A DNA stretch of 64,000 nucleotides. It comes from an uncultured bacterium (lineage in GTDB: Bacteria > Fidelibacterota > UBA2242). Location of the stretch: the NCBI GenBank assembly GCA_964605705.1, contig CAZSDW010000017.1, positions 245-64,244 on the forward strand. The letters are read 5' to 3'. Within the stretch, counting starts at the first letter, position 1. Each line of letters starts with the position of its first letter. Positions 9,134 through 19,951 of the stretch are shown piece by piece. Under the pieces are notes generated by a model. The model was not told where the DNA came from and did no database searches. It worked only from the letters and a program-made list of their open reading frames with translations. A program made the position numbers and the translations under genes.

Positions 9134-11002
9134 TTGGATAGACGGACAACGCTGATTATTCTCACTTTATTGCTATTGCTGAATCCGGGTCTGTGGGGAA
9201 TTGCCCGGGAAACCGATGAATTTGCGCAGAATCCGATTATCTGGGCGGATGTACCGGATCCATCTGTTATCAGGGTTGGCGATACCTATTACATGAGCAG
9301 TACGACCATGCACATGAATCCCGGCGTGCCGATTATGAAGTCCCAGGATCTGGTTAACTGGGAAATTGTCAATTATGCGTATGATATTCTGGTTGATAAT
9401 GACGCAATGGCTCTTAGAAACGGACAGGATGCTTACGGGGACGGTTCCTGGGCTAGCTGTATCCGATATCACAACGGTACTTTTTACGTGGTAACATTTT
9501 CTTATACATCCAATAACACCCATATTTATCAAACCGATGATATTGAAAACGGTGCCTGGTCAGCTTATGTTTTAAATACCATTTACCACGATCCGTCCTT
9601 GCTGTTTGACAATGACCGGGTTTTCCTAATTTACGGCATCGATGACATCAGGATCATCGAACTCACTGCGGACGCGACGGCGATTAAGTCGGGCGGACTT
9701 AATAAAGTCCTTATTCCCAAGGCAAGTCAGATTGCCGGTACCAGTTTTTATGTTTCCGCTGAAGGCTCCCATATCCATAAAGTTAACGGCAGGTATTATG
9801 TGTTTCTGATATCGTGGCCAGCTGGCAGTATGCGCACTGAATTGGTCTATCGGGCTGACAGTCTGATCGGTACATATGAGGGCAGGGTTGCCTTAAAATA
9901 CAACGGTGTTGCTCAGGGTGGACTCATTGATACACCGGATGGCAACTGGTATGGCTTTCTGTTCCAGGATCATGGATCAGTCGGGCGCATTCCTTACCTG
10001 GTACCGGTTGCCTGGGAAGATGGCTGGCCGGTGTTTGGTTTGAATAGTAGGGTGCCGACACAGCTGGAAATTCCGGTGCAAAATGATCCAATACCCAAAA
10101 TCGTTGCATCTGATGAATTTGATTGGGATTCTACCTTGCCGTTAGTATGGCAATGGAATCATAATCCTGACAATAGTGATTGGTCAGTGACGGATCGTCC
10201 CGGATTCTTGCGGATTTCAAACGGTAGAATTGATTCAGGATTTCTCGATACGCAAAACACGCTGACGCAAAGAACGTTCGGTCCCGAATGTGCGGGAAAA
10301 ATCTCCATGGAAGTAGGCAATATGAAAGATGGTGATGCAGCCGGGCTTGGTGCTTTGCAGGCAAATTATGGTTTTGTCGGTGTTAAAATGTCCGGTGGTT
10401 TGAAATATATTGTGATGGAAAAAGGCAGTTCCGATGACACTGAAGAAGTGGAAACTATCCCACTTACCCAGGACAGTATATTTCTGAAAATCGGCTGTGA
10501 TTTTTATAACAAGCGGGACAAAGCCTATTTTTATTACAGTCTTGATGGAACGGAATGGAATGTAATCGGCAGTGCCCTCTCAATGTCATACACGTTACCT
10601 CATTTCATGGGATACCGTTTTGCATTATTCAATTATGCCACCGAAACAACCGGTGGATATGTGGATTTTGATTACTTCAGAATCAGTAACTCACTCACCG
10701 AACCAAGCGCGGTTAAGAGGTTGAATGAAAACATCCCCACAGGATTCAATTTCTATGAGAACTATCCTAACCCGTTTAACCTGACAACAAAAATTTCATT
10801 TGATTTACCAGTAAAATCTGCCGTCAAGCTTAGTGTATATGATATACTCGGAAGAGTAGTGACAAAACTTTTAGATGAAGTAAAATCTACTGGCAGGCAC
10901 ACTATTGAATTTAATGGGACTAACTTCAGTTCAGGAATTTATATATACAGGCTGGAAATAGATAATCAGACATTTATAAAAAGTATGGTTTTATTGAAAT
11001 AA
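9134..11002 (+). CDS. GH43 glycoside hydrolase (beta-xylosidase/arabinofuranosidase type) with C-terminal beta-sandwich and T9SS C-terminal domain
   Basis: NPIIWADVPDPSVIRVGDTYYMSSTTMHMNPGVPIMKSQDLVNWEIV is a GH43 N-terminal motif. A concanavalin-like C-domain follows (..NHNPDNSDWSVTDRPGFLRI..). Terminal NYPNPFNLTTKISFDLP..GIYIYRLEIDNQTFIKSMVLLK. Apparent TTG start. Confidence 0.75.
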   Translation: MDRRTTLIILTLLLLLNPGLWGIARETDEFAQNPIIWADVPDPSVIRVGDTYYMSSTTMHMNPGVPIMKSQDLVNWEIVNYAYDILVDNDAMALRNGQDAYGDGSWASCIRYHNGTFYVVTFSYTSNNTHIYQTDDIENGAWSAYVLNTIYHDPSLLFDNDRVFLIYGIDDIRIIELTADATAIKSGGLNKVLIPKASQIAGTSFYVSAEGSHIHKVNGRYYVFLISWPAGSMRTELVYRADSLIGTYEGRVALKYNGVAQGGLIDTPDGNWYGFLFQDHGSVGRIPYLVPVAWEDGWPVFGLNSRVPTQLEIPVQNDPIPKIVASDEFDWDSTLPLVWQWNHNPDNSDWSVTDRPGFLRISNGRIDSGFLDTQNTLTQRTFGPECAGKISMEVGNMKDGDAAGLGALQANYGFVGVKMSGGLKYIVMEKGSSDDTEEVETIPLTQDSIFLKIGCDFYNKRDKAYFYYSLDGTEWNVIGSALSMSYTLPHFMGYRFALFNYATETTGGYVDFDYFRISNSLTEPSAVKRLNENIPTGFNFYENYPNPFNLTTKISFDLPVKSAVKLSVYDILGRVVTKLLDEVKSTGRHTIEFNGTNFSSGIYIYRLEIDNQTFIKSMVLLK

Positions 11003-11119
11003 AGAAGGTTCATCAGTTAGCTCGATTGATGCATTTTGAGTGGTTAAGCTTTAAGGCGACAATAAAAAAGAGCATGAGATAATTGTCTAAAAATTTTTAG
11101 TAACTAATTGGGATTATCT

Positions 11120-13054
11120 ATGAAAACATTTTTTTTCCCTCTGCTTCTATTAACGACTTTAGTATATCCTCGGGAAGTTTCGAAATATTCGGATTATCCG
11201 ATTTCCGCTGTAGGAATTAAAGACGTTATAATCAATGACACCTTTTGGTTGCCAAAAATAAAAACGGTTCAAGATACAACTATTCATTATGCGTTTAACA
11301 AATGCAATAAAGAAGGACGAATGGAAAATTTCCTGATAGCCGGAGGTAAGCAAAAGGGAGCTTATAAAGGTAAAATGCCTTTCGACGATACAGACGTTTA
11401 TAAAATAATTGAAGGTGCTTCCTATTCATTAATAAGTAAACCCAATCCAGGTTTAGAAGCTTACATTGATTCAATAATAGCCATTGTTGAAATTGGTCAA
11501 GGACCTGATGGATATATTACTACATGGTTTACAATCGATAAGCAAAAACCACCAGCCTGGTGGGTTAAGCCTTCAACCACCCGTTGGGAAAATATTGAAA
11601 GTAGTCATGAATTGTACAACAGCGGTCATTTGTTTGAAGCTGCGGCAGCTTATTATTGGGCTACCGGAAAAAGTAACTTTTTAGACATTGCCATTAAGAA
11701 TGCAGATCTGCTGGTAGAAAATTTTGGACCCGATAAATTACGAAAACCTCCAGGACATCAAATTGTCGAAACAGGTTTAATTAAACTCTACCATATCACT
11801 CATAACACAAATTACCTGGAACTTGCTAAATTCTTTCTGGATTTGCGTGGTGATTCAACTACTCACAAATTGTACGGAGAATATTATCAGGATTATTTGC
11901 CGGTTATAAAACAAACCGAAGCAGTTGGTCATGCTGTAAGAGCATTATATATGTACGCGGGGATGACTGATATTGCTGTTATGTATGAAGATCCGGATTA
12001 TCTTGATGCAATAAATAAAATCTGGGAAAATATCTATCACAAAAAAATGTATATCACCGGCGGCTTGGGCTCAAAACACGATGGTGAAGCTTTCGGTGAT
12101 AATTATGAACTGCCGAATCTTACCGCTTACAACGAGACCTGCGCCGCAATCGGAAGTGTATATTGGAATCAGCGTTTGTTTTTATTAACCGGCAATTCAA
12201 AGTATTATGACATAATCGAGCGGACATTGTATAACGGATTGATATCAGGTATTTCGTTAGATGGAAAAAATTTCTTCTATCCGAATCCCACCGAATCCGA
12301 TGGTAAATACGAATTTAATATGGGTTCCTGCACACGACAACCATGGTTCGACTGTTCATGTTGCCCGACAAATCTGATCCGCTTTATTCCTTCCATTCCC
12401 GGTTTGATATATGCTGTCAATAAAGACTGTGTATATGTAAATCTGTTTGTCTCGAATAGTGCCCATGTAGTAATTAACGGAGAAAAAATCGAGCTGTCTC
12501 AGCAAACGGAGTATCCGTGGAATGGACATATAAATGTTACCGTTAATCCGGAAAAAGAAAAGAAATTCACTTTAAAACTGCGTATTCCGGGTTGGGCACA
12601 AAACAAAGCTGTACCCGGAGATTTGTATTCCTATGTGGATGATGTCCGCAGGAAAATTGCTTTGAGGGTGAACGGAAAAGAAGGAAAAATTATATTAAAT
12701 AAAGGTTATGCTGAAATCTCAAGAAAATGGACAAAAGGAGATAAAATAGATCTTGTTTTGCCGATGGTAATCCACAAAGTAATTGCAAACGAAAAAGTTA
12801 GTGATGACAATAATAAAGTGGCATTTGAATACGGTCCGCTGGTTTATTGTGCTGAGGAAAGAGATAACAAACGGATTTCGAATATTGCGATTCCAGATAA
12901 TATAAGTCTAAATATTGAGGAAAAAACAGTTTTGACAGACAAAGTAATTGCAATTAAAGGCAAGGCTCATGACGAAGAATTTACATTGATACCGTATTAT
13001 CTATGGTCGAACAGGGGAGTTGGAAAAATGAAAGTATGGTTCCCGAGGGATTAA
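11120..13054 (+). CDS. GH127 (DUF1680) beta-L-arabinofuranosidase-like
   Basis: ~645 aa with signal peptide MKTFFFPLLLL. It carries the Cys-rich Zn/catalytic cluster MGSCTRQPWFDCSCCPTNLIRF, which matches HypBA1-type GH127 (Cys3-Glu site with a catalytic CC pair). No T9SS domain. Confidence 0.7.
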   Translation: MKTFFFPLLLLTTLVYPREVSKYSDYPISAVGIKDVIINDTFWLPKIKTVQDTTIHYAFNKCNKEGRMENFLIAGGKQKGAYKGKMPFDDTDVYKIIEGASYSLISKPNPGLEAYIDSIIAIVEIGQGPDGYITTWFTIDKQKPPAWWVKPSTTRWENIESSHELYNSGHLFEAAAAYYWATGKSNFLDIAIKNADLLVENFGPDKLRKPPGHQIVETGLIKLYHITHNTNYLELAKFFLDLRGDSTTHKLYGEYYQDYLPVIKQTEAVGHAVRALYMYAGMTDIAVMYEDPDYLDAINKIWENIYHKKMYITGGLGSKHDGEAFGDNYELPNLTAYNETCAAIGSVYWNQRLFLLTGNSKYYDIIERTLYNGLISGISLDGKNFFYPNPTESDGKYEFNMGSCTRQPWFDCSCCPTNLIRFIPSIPGLIYAVNKDCVYVNLFVSNSAHVVINGEKIELSQQTEYPWNGHINVTVNPEKEKKFTLKLRIPGWAQNKAVPGDLYSYVDDVRRKIALRVNGKEGKIILNKGYAEISRKWTKGDKIDLVLPMVIHKVIANEKVSDDNNKVAFEYGPLVYCAEERDNKRISNIAIPDNISLNIEEKTVLTDKVIAIKGKAHDEEFTLIPYYLWSNRGVGKMKVWFPRD

Positions 13055-13175
13055 TCACTATTTTATTTATACCTATGCGCAAATATTTTTTATTAACATG
13101 AAGGAATTATTATCAACAAAATGATTCTATGTTCTAATGAATTTGCATTAATTTGAAAATAAATAAAGAGGATTA

Positions 13176-15152
13176 TTGATGATAAAAAAGACCACATTTT
13201 TACTGATCGTTTTTTTAACAACAACTTTCTATAACGGGGCTTTTTGCTCTGACGGCTATACGTTGAAGAGTCCAGATGCAAAAATTTCTGTATTTTTCTC
13301 ACTGACTTCTACCGGAGAACCTGTTTATGCTATTTCGCATTCCGGGGAAATAGTCTTACAGCAGTCAAAATTAGGAATTATCAGGAATGACGATGATTTT
13401 TCAACCTATCTTACGCTTGATTCTGTTTCAAACGAAACAACGGTTTCCGACAATTATACAATGATGCATGGTAAACGCCAGAAATGCAGCTACGTAGGCA
13501 ATAAAAGAGTGTTTTATTTAAAAAATGCCAATGCAAAAATCATGGAAATTATTTTTCAGGTATCGGACGATGGTGTTGCATTTAGCTACCATTTTCCGGG
13601 GAAGACAGATACCACACTGAAAATTTTAGAAGAAACAACATCCTTTCACTTTAATCGTTCTGCAAAAGCGTTTCTCCAACCCTGTCCGGATTCACGAACA
13701 GGATGGAGTAACACCCAACCGTCATACGAGGAAAATTACAGTAGAAATATTGCAGTTGGTACAAGTGCGCCTTATAAAGCAGGATGGGTAATGCCAGCAC
13801 TTTTTAATTCAGGTAAATTCTGGATTTGTATTACTGAAGCCGCTGTTGATACAAATTATTGTGGTTCCCGTTTAAGCCAGTTATCTCCCGATGGCGAATA
13901 TTCAGTACAATTTCCCCAATCAACAGAAGGCAGAACGGACGAACCAATATTTCCCGAATCGGTTTTACCGTGGAATACTCCCTGGCGTATCCTTGCAGTG
14001 ACCGATAACCTGGCAAGCCTTGTTGAATCTACCTTAGGGACTGATTTAGCCACTCCGGCACAATATGATGTTTCATCATGGCTTCAACCAGGAATAGCAT
14101 CCTGGAGTTGGGTTATAGAAAAAGATGGGGCGACTGTTTATAATACACAGATAAAGTATATCGATTTTGCAGCTTCGATGAATTGGAAGTACTGTCTCAT
14201 CGACGCTTATTGGGATACTCAGATTGGCTATGAAAAGATAAAACAAATCTCAGATTATGCCAAAACCAAGAACGTAAAAATTTTATTGTGGTATAATTCG
14301 GCAGGCGATTGGAATACAACACCACTGACACCCCGCGATAAAATGTTAACCGCCGAATCCCGACACGCCGAGTTTCAGAAGCTGAAAGATATGGACATCA
14401 GCGGCATTAAAGTCGATTTTTTTGGCGGCGATGGGCAATCCATGATGAAGTATTATATCGATATATTAAAGGATGCCGCGAACTATAATCTCGCTGTCAA
14501 CTTTCATGGATGCACTTATCCAAGAGGGTGGTATAGGACTTATCCCAATTTGGTAAGTATGGAAGCGATTAAGGGTGAAGAATACGTGACCTTTGGGCAG
14601 TATGATGCCGATCAGCAAGCTTCGCATTGTGCAATCATTCCTTTTACAAGAAACCTTTTTGACCCAATGGATTTTACACCTGTCAACTTCTCGGGCATAC
14701 CTAACATAACGCGCAGAACGACCGGCGGCTTTGAAATCGCATTATCGGTTATTTTTACTTCAGGTATTCAACACATAGCGGAAACACCTTCCGGGATGGC
14801 ATCTCAAATAGATTTTGTGAAGGAATATATGAGCTCATTGCCCGAAAATTGGGATGATGTGAAATTTATTGATGGTTATCCGGGAAAATATGTCATACTG
14901 GCTAGAAAAAAGGGTGACCGATGGTTTATTGCCGGTATCAACGGTGAGAATACAAAACGGACCATGGCATTAAATGTTCCTTTCCTTAGCGATACAACTA
15001 AAGGTATTATAATCACTGATTCGACCAGTACGGAATATATGATAAAAAGAGGTGTCGATTTTTCCAAGCCCGTCAATGTGACCATGTACGCCTACGGCGG
15101 ATTTGTTATCAAAACCTTGATAAAGGGAGAAAAACCTGGTACTAATAAATAA
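13176..15152 (+). CDS. GH97 family glycoside hydrolase (alpha-glucosidase/alpha-galactosidase type)
   Basis: 658 aa, signal peptide. Central motif GIKVDFFGGDGQSMMKYYIDILKDAANYNLAVNFHGCTYPRGWYRTYPNLVSMEAIKGEEYV is the GH97 catalytic-core signature (..KVDF...HG..P.G..RTYPN..). No T9SS domain. Confidence 0.7.
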   Translation: MMIKKTTFLLIVFLTTTFYNGAFCSDGYTLKSPDAKISVFFSLTSTGEPVYAISHSGEIVLQQSKLGIIRNDDDFSTYLTLDSVSNETTVSDNYTMMHGKRQKCSYVGNKRVFYLKNANAKIMEIIFQVSDDGVAFSYHFPGKTDTTLKILEETTSFHFNRSAKAFLQPCPDSRTGWSNTQPSYEENYSRNIAVGTSAPYKAGWVMPALFNSGKFWICITEAAVDTNYCGSRLSQLSPDGEYSVQFPQSTEGRTDEPIFPESVLPWNTPWRILAVTDNLASLVESTLGTDLATPAQYDVSSWLQPGIASWSWVIEKDGATVYNTQIKYIDFAASMNWKYCLIDAYWDTQIGYEKIKQISDYAKTKNVKILLWYNSAGDWNTTPLTPRDKMLTAESRHAEFQKLKDMDISGIKVDFFGGDGQSMMKYYIDILKDAANYNLAVNFHGCTYPRGWYRTYPNLVSMEAIKGEEYVTFGQYDADQQASHCAIIPFTRNLFDPMDFTPVNFSGIPNITRRTTGGFEIALSVIFTSGIQHIAETPSGMASQIDFVKEYMSSLPENWDDVKFIDGYPGKYVILARKKGDRWFIAGINGENTKRTMALNVPFLSDTTKGIIITDSTSTEYMIKRGVDFSKPVNVTMYAYGGFVIKTLIKGEKPGTNK

Positions 15153-15372
15153 TTTATAAAAAGTATTCAATTGTAGATATTATCAATAAAAATGGATATG
15201 ATTACCTGTGATTTTTCCTGGATTAAAATGCGCATTCTGTCCCACAGCGGCGGGACTCAGGATGACTGACTATAGTTGTAATTACATACTGGTTACGACG
15301 CAGAGCACTGTAACCAGATTATCAGTAAATGCTGTTTCTAAGAATTTAATTATAAACCAAACGGTGAATTAA

Positions 15373-17256
15373 ATGCGATTTTTATTACTTCTACTCTTAA
15401 CTGTTTCTCAAATTTTTGCTGTGGAAATCGTTGTCGATGCCTCAAGTGAAAGGAAACCCATATCACCCTATATATATGGTAGGAACAATTCCCTTTCGGA
15501 TAATTCAAACAATCCGCTTTCCGCGGCAGATTGGGAATATTATCGTCAGGCTGGTGTGCGTATGTTTCGTGAAGGTGGCGGAAATAATTCTACTAAGTAT
15601 AACTGGCGTCGCAAACTAACCAGCCATCCCGATTGGTATAACAACGTTTATGACCATGACTGGGATTATGCAGCCCGGAGTTTACAGGAAAATATGACCG
15701 GCATAAGAGGTATGTGGGCATTACAGTTAATTGGTTTTGCTGCCGCCACCAAAGATTATAACTTCAATGATTGGGGGTATAACCAATCTCAATGGTGGGA
15801 AGGTGTCAATAATAATTGGGCTGGGGGAGGTGGACCTGTGGAAGGTGATGGCGATCCAAGTCTATACCTCATGGACTGGCCGCCTGATTCAACTGTTGGT
15901 ATTCTTGATCAATGGTTTGGAAATGGCGGATTAAACCTGGACCAGACTATATTTTTATATTGGAGTATGGACAATGAGGTGGAAATCTGGAACGGTACTC
16001 ATGATGATGTAATGCCTTCTCAAATATCTGCAGAGGCATTTATGGAGATCTATTTTGAGGTGGCAAAAAAAGCCCGTGAAAAATTCCCCGATATAAAACT
16101 TGTCGGACCTGTGCCGGCAAATGAATGGCAATGGTATAATTGGAGTAACGGAAAAATTACTTATCAAAATGAAAGTTATACCTGGCTGGAGTACTTTATC
16201 AAACGGATTGCAGATGAACAGACTGCCAGTGGTGTCCGACTCTTAGATAATTTGGATGTGCATTTTTATCCTTCAGGAAATAATCCCGAAGAAATTGTCC
16301 AATTACACCGGATCTGGTTTGATGAAACCTACGATTACCCGGGCGCAAACGGTGTAAAAGTTTCCGGTCCCGGTGGATGGGATAATAGGATCACCAAAGA
16401 GTATATTTTTAAACGCTGTCGTGATTGGATGGAGGAACACTTAGGAGCCGATCACGGTGTCGGATTAAGTGTTTCCGAAATGGGAATACAGAGTGATGAT
16501 CCGAATATTGTCGCGATCTGGTATGCTTCGACATTAGGCGTTTTTGCCGATAATGAAGTTGAGATATTTACTCCCTGGTACTGGACAACAGGTATGTGGG
16601 AAGTACTTCATCTGTTTAGTCGATATTCACAGGAAATAAGTGTATCATCCGTTTCCGATCTGGAAAGCGATGTATCTGCCTATTCTTCCGTTAATACCAA
16701 CTCAAGTTTAATGACCATCATTCTTGTCAACAGATCAATAAGTGAAACCCATGAAACGACAGTACATATAGACAATTTCTCAATTGACAATGGTGATTAC
16801 ATTTCCTTAACACTCAACGATCTTCCTGAAAATGAGACATTTGAATCACATACCATCAACGCACTTGAAGAAGGTTCGGTGACCGTAGATGACCAATCCT
16901 TTTCTGTATCCTTACCAGCCTTATCAATTACTGCCGTTTTACTTAATGGCTTAGGCAATTCGATTGGAATACCTGCCAAGCTGCCAGACAGTCAACAGTT
17001 GAATCTTAATAATTACCCAAATCCATTCAATCCGACAACCCTAATTTCCTACACCCTTTCTCGCGAGACAGTGGTTTCAATCGATATTTTTGATATGACA
17101 GGTCAAGCGGTTAAAACCTTAATACGGGATGAGGTAAAATCCGCCGGGAATTATGAAATTTTATTTAACGCAACGGAATTGCCCAGCGGAAATTATTTTT
17201 ACAGATTAAAAGCTGACGAGATCGTCACGACAAAGAAAATGCTGCTCGTTAAATGA
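15373..17256 (+). CDS. secreted TIM-barrel glycoside hydrolase (clan GH-A; GH44-like assignment is tentative) with T9SS C-terminal domain
   Basis: Signal peptide. ISPYIYGRNN..VRMFREGGGNNSTKYNW is the pattern of a substrate-binding loop. A WSMDNEVEIW motif sits at the acid/base position. Terminal NYPNPFNPTTLISYTLS..GNYFYRLKADEIVTTKKMLLVK. The family call is uncertain. Confidence 0.45.
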   Translation: MRFLLLLLLTVSQIFAVEIVVDASSERKPISPYIYGRNNSLSDNSNNPLSAADWEYYRQAGVRMFREGGGNNSTKYNWRRKLTSHPDWYNNVYDHDWDYAARSLQENMTGIRGMWALQLIGFAAATKDYNFNDWGYNQSQWWEGVNNNWAGGGGPVEGDGDPSLYLMDWPPDSTVGILDQWFGNGGLNLDQTIFLYWSMDNEVEIWNGTHDDVMPSQISAEAFMEIYFEVAKKAREKFPDIKLVGPVPANEWQWYNWSNGKITYQNESYTWLEYFIKRIADEQTASGVRLLDNLDVHFYPSGNNPEEIVQLHRIWFDETYDYPGANGVKVSGPGGWDNRITKEYIFKRCRDWMEEHLGADHGVGLSVSEMGIQSDDPNIVAIWYASTLGVFADNEVEIFTPWYWTTGMWEVLHLFSRYSQEISVSSVSDLESDVSAYSSVNTNSSLMTIILVNRSISETHETTVHIDNFSIDNGDYISLTLNDLPENETFESHTINALEEGSVTVDDQSFSVSLPALSITAVLLNGLGNSIGIPAKLPDSQQLNLNNYPNPFNPTTLISYTLSRETVVSIDIFDMTGQAVKTLIRDEVKSAGNYEILFNATELPSGNYFYRLKADEIVTTKKMLLVK

Positions 17257-17402
17257 TCGCATTTATCGATATTGTGAGGATTGTTATTCTGTTTATTTGA
17301 ACCTTCAGAAGGCTAATCAATTAATTGACGGTTTGTCAGAGTATTGGTTTGGTATCCTATCATGGCGTTTGAATTTTTCCTTTTTCCTTTTCATTTGCAC
17401 TA

Positions 17403-19871
17403 CTACTCATATTTCAATGTCTCAGACGGGTTGCTGAAGGCGGCTTTCAGTGAGTGATAGCTGACTGTCAGGAGTGCAATCATCAGAGCCGCAAATCCGG
17501 CAGCGATAAATGTTATCACATTCATAGATATCCGGTAGGCGTAATTTTGCAGGGTGCGGTGCATCAGGTAATAGGCAATCGGCCAGGCGATGATATTCGC
17601 TGCCAGCACCAGCTGGGAAAATTCTTTCAGGATCAGAATGACGATATTTGTGACTGTCGCACCCATGGTTTTGCGGATGCCGATTTCGCGAATCCGCCGC
17701 TCGGTGGTAAAAGACACCAGCGCAAACAATCCCAGTGAAGCGATGATAATTGACAAAACTGAAAAAATGGTGAATAACCGATTCGTCTGAATTTCTGCCT
17801 GGTATAAACGGTCGTAATTTTCATCAAAGAAGTAATATTCAAAGGGCTTATAGGGAATATAATCGTTCCAGGTCTTCTTGATATAAGCGATGGTTTCCGC
17901 AACATTTTCCGGGCGGATACGAACACAGATATAAGTTCGGCGAAACTGTTCAAAATCCAGTACCAGGGGTTGAATCGGTTTGTGCAGCGACTCATAATGA
18001 AAATCTTTGACAATTCCGAGAATGGAGATTGCCACCGATGTATCGCCGGGTACGCCCAGTAATTGCTCAGTGTAAGGCTCTTTCAGATCAAAGGCTTTCA
18101 CGGCAGTCTCGTTCAGGATTAATCCGCGCCGGTTATCAAACTGGCGATCGAAAAATCGTCCTTCGGCAATTTCCAATCCGAACGTTTCCGCAAAATCCCA
18201 ATCAACATGTGAGTAGTTAATCAGATGCTGTTCCTGACTGGCAGCGCCCCGGGCGATCAAAGTCGCGTTTTGAAAATTGTCGCCGGGCAGGTTAATGGTT
18301 CCGCAAACAGACAGAATCTGAGGATTTTGCTTCAGATCATTTTTGAACAATTCAAAGATCGCCGGATCGTCACCAGTATCGATAATCGATCCGTCGGGAT
18401 TCTGTCCAATTGCCCAGCCGCGTTTGATGACGACGATATTTTCCTTGATGAAGCCCAATCGTTTATTTTTAATGTAATTCATCTGCTGAAAAAGGATCAG
18501 CGTACTGATAAACAGGACAATGGAAATAGTGAATTGAAACACCACCAGAATGCTGCGCAACGTGCGACCTTTCAAGCCACTGCTCAGGTTTTCTTTCAAA
18601 ACGACAACCGGCTGAAAGGATGACAGGAAAAACGCCGGGTAGGTGCCCGCAAAAATACCGATGATAATGGCGAAAATCAGGATTCCCGGCAGTAAATACC
18701 AGCTGCTGAAATAATTCAGTCCCAGTGACTTTCCGGCAATCTGGTTAAATAATGGCAGGAACAGTTTCGAAATGAGCATAGACAATATCGCAGCCAAAAT
18801 ACAAATCAGGATAGATTCAACCAGGAATTGAGCCACTAACCGGTTTTTAGTCGAGCCCAGGACTTTGCGGATTCCGACTTCCCGGCTGCGTTTGGCGGAG
18901 CGGGAGGTCGCCAGGTTCATGAAATTGATACAGGCAATGAATAAAATAAAAACCGCGATGATCGAAAAAATATAAACATATTTTATATCACTGTTAGGCT
19001 CCAGTTCGCCGTCGAGGTGGGAATACAAATGGATATCTGTCAGGGACTGTAGAATGTAGTCGTACCTGCCGCCAATTTGTTCCATTTCATCAAAGGACAT
19101 TCCGCTGGCTTCCTGGAAATGGGGCGCTAGGTACTTTCGCAGAAATTGCGGGAATTTCGCTTCCAGTGCTTCGGGATCGGCATTCTCATGAAGCTGAATA
19201 TAAGTGCACATGAAGTTATACATCCAGTGGGTACCCCAACTCCAATCCCAGGAAGAAAGGGGACAGAGCATGCCATAAGTAAAGTGAGAATTTTTCGTTG
19301 GATTGGCAATTACAGCACTGACGCGATATGGTGTTCCGTCTTCGAAATTGACAACCTTATTCAGCGCATCGATTGGATTTCCGAAAAATCGTTTGGCATT
19401 ATCCAGCGTCATAACGACCGTATGATCTTCAGCAAGGGCGGTTTTCGGATCGCCAAAGATCACTTCCATCGGGAATATGTCGAAGAAGTTGGTATCCACC
19501 CACATGAAGTGAGTTTCGTTAAAAACAATATCTTCATAGCGGACCAGCATATTGGGTGTGTGCTCCATCCGGGTGGCATTCAGAATTTCCGGATATTCCC
19601 GGACTAAATTTTCGGACAATGGCGACGGCGTCCTGACCGTTTTGGTCTCCTGGTTGCCAATGACACCCTGCGTGGTTACCCGGTAGATATTTTTCGCATT
19701 TTTCCAGTGCCGGTCATAACTCAATTCATCGGCAACGTAGAGAATAATCAACAAACAGCAACTGATCCCGACCGCCAGACCGAAGATATTAATCAGGTTG
19801 ATGCCGATATTTTTTCTGAGATTCCGATAACTGATAACCAGGTAATTTTTAAACATAAAATGATCCCTCAT
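17403..19871 (-). CDS. FtsX/MacB-type ABC transporter permease, fused double-FtsX ~800-aa form (paralog P1)
   Basis: N-terminus MFKNYLVISYRNLRKN.., eight predicted TM helices in two FtsX modules, each preceded by a large periplasmic domain. Conserved C-terminus ..SNPSETLKYE. Paralogous to the nine further copies downstream. Confidence 0.85.
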   Translation of the reverse strand: MRDHFMFKNYLVISYRNLRKNIGINLINIFGLAVGISCCLLIILYVADELSYDRHWKNAKNIYRVTTQGVIGNQETKTVRTPSPLSENLVREYPEILNATRMEHTPNMLVRYEDIVFNETHFMWVDTNFFDIFPMEVIFGDPKTALAEDHTVVMTLDNAKRFFGNPIDALNKVVNFEDGTPYRVSAVIANPTKNSHFTYGMLCPLSSWDWSWGTHWMYNFMCTYIQLHENADPEALEAKFPQFLRKYLAPHFQEASGMSFDEMEQIGGRYDYILQSLTDIHLYSHLDGELEPNSDIKYVYIFSIIAVFILFIACINFMNLATSRSAKRSREVGIRKVLGSTKNRLVAQFLVESILICILAAILSMLISKLFLPLFNQIAGKSLGLNYFSSWYLLPGILIFAIIIGIFAGTYPAFFLSSFQPVVVLKENLSSGLKGRTLRSILVVFQFTISIVLFISTLILFQQMNYIKNKRLGFIKENIVVIKRGWAIGQNPDGSIIDTGDDPAIFELFKNDLKQNPQILSVCGTINLPGDNFQNATLIARGAASQEQHLINYSHVDWDFAETFGLEIAEGRFFDRQFDNRRGLILNETAVKAFDLKEPYTEQLLGVPGDTSVAISILGIVKDFHYESLHKPIQPLVLDFEQFRRTYICVRIRPENVAETIAYIKKTWNDYIPYKPFEYYFFDENYDRLYQAEIQTNRLFTIFSVLSIIIASLGLFALVSFTTERRIREIGIRKTMGATVTNIVILILKEFSQLVLAANIIAWPIAYYLMHRTLQNYAYRISMNVITFIAAGFAALMIALLTVSYHSLKAAFSNPSETLKYE

Positions 19872-19951
19872 TCAATTTGCGAGTAATCATAAGACGTAAA
19901 ATTGCTAAGATGGTTGCCCTGAGAAAATGGAGACATTATTACTACTGATTA

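Noticed and set aside
15289-15317. Inverted repeat CTGGTTAC-N13-GTAACCAG downstream of the GH97 gene
   Set aside because: A short 8-bp stem with a long loop and no following T-run. It could be a weak terminator or operator, but evidence is too thin to call.
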